A stretch of 64,000 bases of DNA from Truepera sp. Its GTDB lineage: Bacteria; Deinococcota; Deinococci; Deinococcales; Trueperaceae. The stretch is from assembly GCA_965218435.1 (NCBI GenBank), contig CBDCKW010000009.1, forward strand, positions 2,496,001 to 2,560,000, written 5' to 3'. Below the pieces are notes generated by a model, which saw nothing but the letters and a program-made list of their open reading frames with translations, made no database searches and had not been told where the DNA came from. Within the stretch, counting starts at the first letter, position 1; every line of letters begins with the position of its first letter. The position numbers and the translations under genes are program-made. Positions 62,170 through 64,000 of the stretch are shown here, one piece after another.

Positions 62170-62438
62170 TAGGAGAGGTGAACGTCACTAACCTCATCAG
62201 GTACGGGCTAACTGAGAACTGTACCGCTTTTATTTTGGTATGTCCTTTTAGAATAGTTTTGCAGAGGCGACGCCCGCCGTCCATCAAGGAGCCGTTAGAG
62301 AATGATCGGATAGCTGAAATCGGCTTTTTGTACTCGTTCAAAGTGCTTTAAGACCTCTCGAGGTGTAGGTGCAGCTAGACCAAACCAACAGTTTTCGTCC
62401 AGTTCCTTAATAGAAGCGACCTCAACCTCGAAAGGTAT
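62170..62438 (-). pseudogene. Frameshifted remnant of a small ParB-N-like protein
   Basis: Manual reading across frames: IKELDENCWF..PTPREVLKHFERVQKADFSYPIIL*/GSLMDGGRRLCK..IKAVQF/PVPDE. Confidence 0.55.
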
Positions 62439-62808
62439 TAACTGCTCGGCCCGTTTCCGCAACCCTTAGAGTCGCGGTGCTCAGCCAATACGCCCGCCGA
62501 CGTGAGGTAGTACACGCCGTCAATACTGTCTTCTAACACGCCGTAAAACGCGTACCCGACCGGCTCTTGGTCTAGTGTCTGAGAGGCTAAAAACCATAAG
62601 TTCGGGTGAAACGGGCCGCGCCAGCGTTTGAGCCACGCCCAAAACGCTTCAGACGGCCTAGAGCCTTCACTTTGTTCAAACACGCTTTGAAACTGCTCGT
62701 CGCTCTCTTCGCTCCACGTCTCGAGCACCAAAGGCGTCCCGAGCGGCGGGAGTTCAGCCAGGTCGAACTCGAGTTAGTCTCGCGGCCTACTCGACACATT
62801 ACCAACAC
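62438..62808 (-). pseudogene. GNAT acetyltransferase remnant
   Basis: LWFLA...PVGYA...AGVLAEHR, truncated within the acetyl-CoA motif. Confidence 0.5.
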
Positions 62809-62839
62809 TTAGCTGAACGCAGCGGCTAAACTAGTAGTT

Positions 62840-63796
62840 GTGTTTACCGAGATTCGCCAAGCGTGCGCCTACGTCGCTGAGCACGCACATTTTGTCAGGC
62901 TCGAGACCGCTCACCTAAAAACCTACGCTGAACAACTAGACCTTTCCGTCATCACTGCGCCCGTCTACGACGCCGAGCATCACTTTACGGGCGGCACGAT
63001 CACCGAAAACGCCGAAGCCGTGCTCGCGTTCAATCTCACACTAGACACCATCAACTTCGGTTCCGGTTATTTCCCGCACTTACAAAAGCGCCCCGGGATG
63101 TCGGGGTACTTTACGGTGGCCTCGAGCCTCAAAGATTACTTTGACGCGCACGGCCCGCTTTCGGCGGCTGAACTGGTCTCGCTTACACCCGAAAAAACTG
63201 CTGGTATATTTGCCCAAGACCTGACCGACCCGGGTCGCGCCGAGCTGCTGCGTCACTTTACCGAAGCGTTGGGGCAGCTCGGTAGCTACCTTTCGGAGCG
63301 GTTTAGCGGTTCCTTCGTGCGCTTGGTCGAGCAGGCGGAGGGGTCGGCGGAAAGGCTTGCGGAACTGCTCGCGGAGATGCCCTATTTTCAAGACGTGTCG
63401 AACTATCACGGCGTCTCAGTGCCCCTCTATAAACGGGCGCAGATCGCCGCTTCGGACCTCTCCCTAGCATTTGGCGGGCAAGGGTGGGGTACCTTTTCCG
63501 ACCTGGATAAGCTTACGATTTTTGCTGACAACCTCGTCCCGCACGTGCTACGCATAGACGGCCTGCTCAGCTATGACGCGGGGCTAGAGACGCGTATCCA
63601 AGCGGGCGAGCTGATCGCCGCCGGGTCACCCGAGGAGGTTGAAATCCGCGCCGTGGCGCTGCACGCCGCCGAACAGCTTTCAGCACTGCTGCCGGGGGTA
63701 GCGCCTCGAGATCTCGATATCTATCTCTGGAACCGGGGGCAAGGCGAGGTGTATAAAGCGGCCCCGCGCCACCGTACCCGCACGGTTTTTTACTGA
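62840..63796 (+). CDS. Queuosine salvage protein (DUF2419/Qng1 family)
   Basis: INFGSG, LYKRAQI, LTIFAD, EVEIRA, DIYLW and RTRTVFY motifs. Confidence 0.88.
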   Translation: MFTEIRQACAYVAEHAHFVRLETAHLKTYAEQLDLSVITAPVYDAEHHFTGGTITENAEAVLAFNLTLDTINFGSGYFPHLQKRPGMSGYFTVASSLKDYFDAHGPLSAAELVSLTPEKTAGIFAQDLTDPGRAELLRHFTEALGQLGSYLSERFSGSFVRLVEQAEGSAERLAELLAEMPYFQDVSNYHGVSVPLYKRAQIAASDLSLAFGGQGWGTFSDLDKLTIFADNLVPHVLRIDGLLSYDAGLETRIQAGELIAAGSPEEVEIRAVALHAAEQLSALLPGVAPRDLDIYLWNRGQGEVYKAAPRHRTRTVFY

Positions 63797-63815
63797 TGGT
63801 TTTCGCTAAGGCTCA

Positions 63816-64000
63816 ATGACCGTCGCTGAAGTGTTGAAATCAGCTGAGGCGCGGCTCGAGGCGGCTGGACTCGAGACCCCCCCAAGGGAGGCCGCCGCGC
63901 TATTAGGGACCTTGTTACAGTTTTCGAGAAGTGAACTGCTTCTAAGCCGTACGAGAGTCCTAACGCCTACCGAGTTGGAGACGCTAGAAGGGTGGCTTAG
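63816..64000 (+). CDS. prmC: Release factor glutamine methyltransferase, N-terminal fragment
   Basis: MTVAEVLKSAEARLEAAGLETPPREAAALL..SRSELL matches the PrmC N-terminal pattern; runs off the window. Confidence 0.7.
   Translation, partial: MTVAEVLKSAEARLEAAGLETPPREAAALLGTLLQFSRSELLLSRTRVLTPTELETLEGWL

Overview
Chromosomal window from a GC-rich bacterium, most likely Deinococcota (Truepera-like). This is inferred from ribosomal protein style, pervasive leaderless -10 promoters and CTCGAG over-representation. Contents in order: the tRNA(Thr-Tyr-Gly-Thr)-tuf-rpmG-secE-nusG-rplK-rplA-rplJ core cluster; a PolX-PHP lacking the canonical polymerase aspartates; dcd; a patch of accessory genes and pseudogenes with an ISAs1-like MITE; a heme cluster (hemA-C-D-B, two-component system, VapBC, hemE-F-H) whose ferrochelatase looks strikingly animal/mitochondrial with a C-terminal [2Fe-2S] motif; toxin-antitoxin pairs; and a decayed Type IIL/ISP-like restriction-modification gene. 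Next is a four-gene operon of CBM32-bearing lipoproteins (GH55, GH128, DUF1996, GH-A/GH2-like) beside a divergent ROK regulator. It is probably a beta-1,3-glucan/fungal-wall degradation system and gives context for the uncharacterised DUF1996. The rest is mixed housekeeping genes, two isolated integron-cassette-like units (VOC, RidA), a DUF3006/ComEC-like pair, a queuosine salvage gene and the start of prmC. All family calls come from motif recognition by eye; no searches were run.
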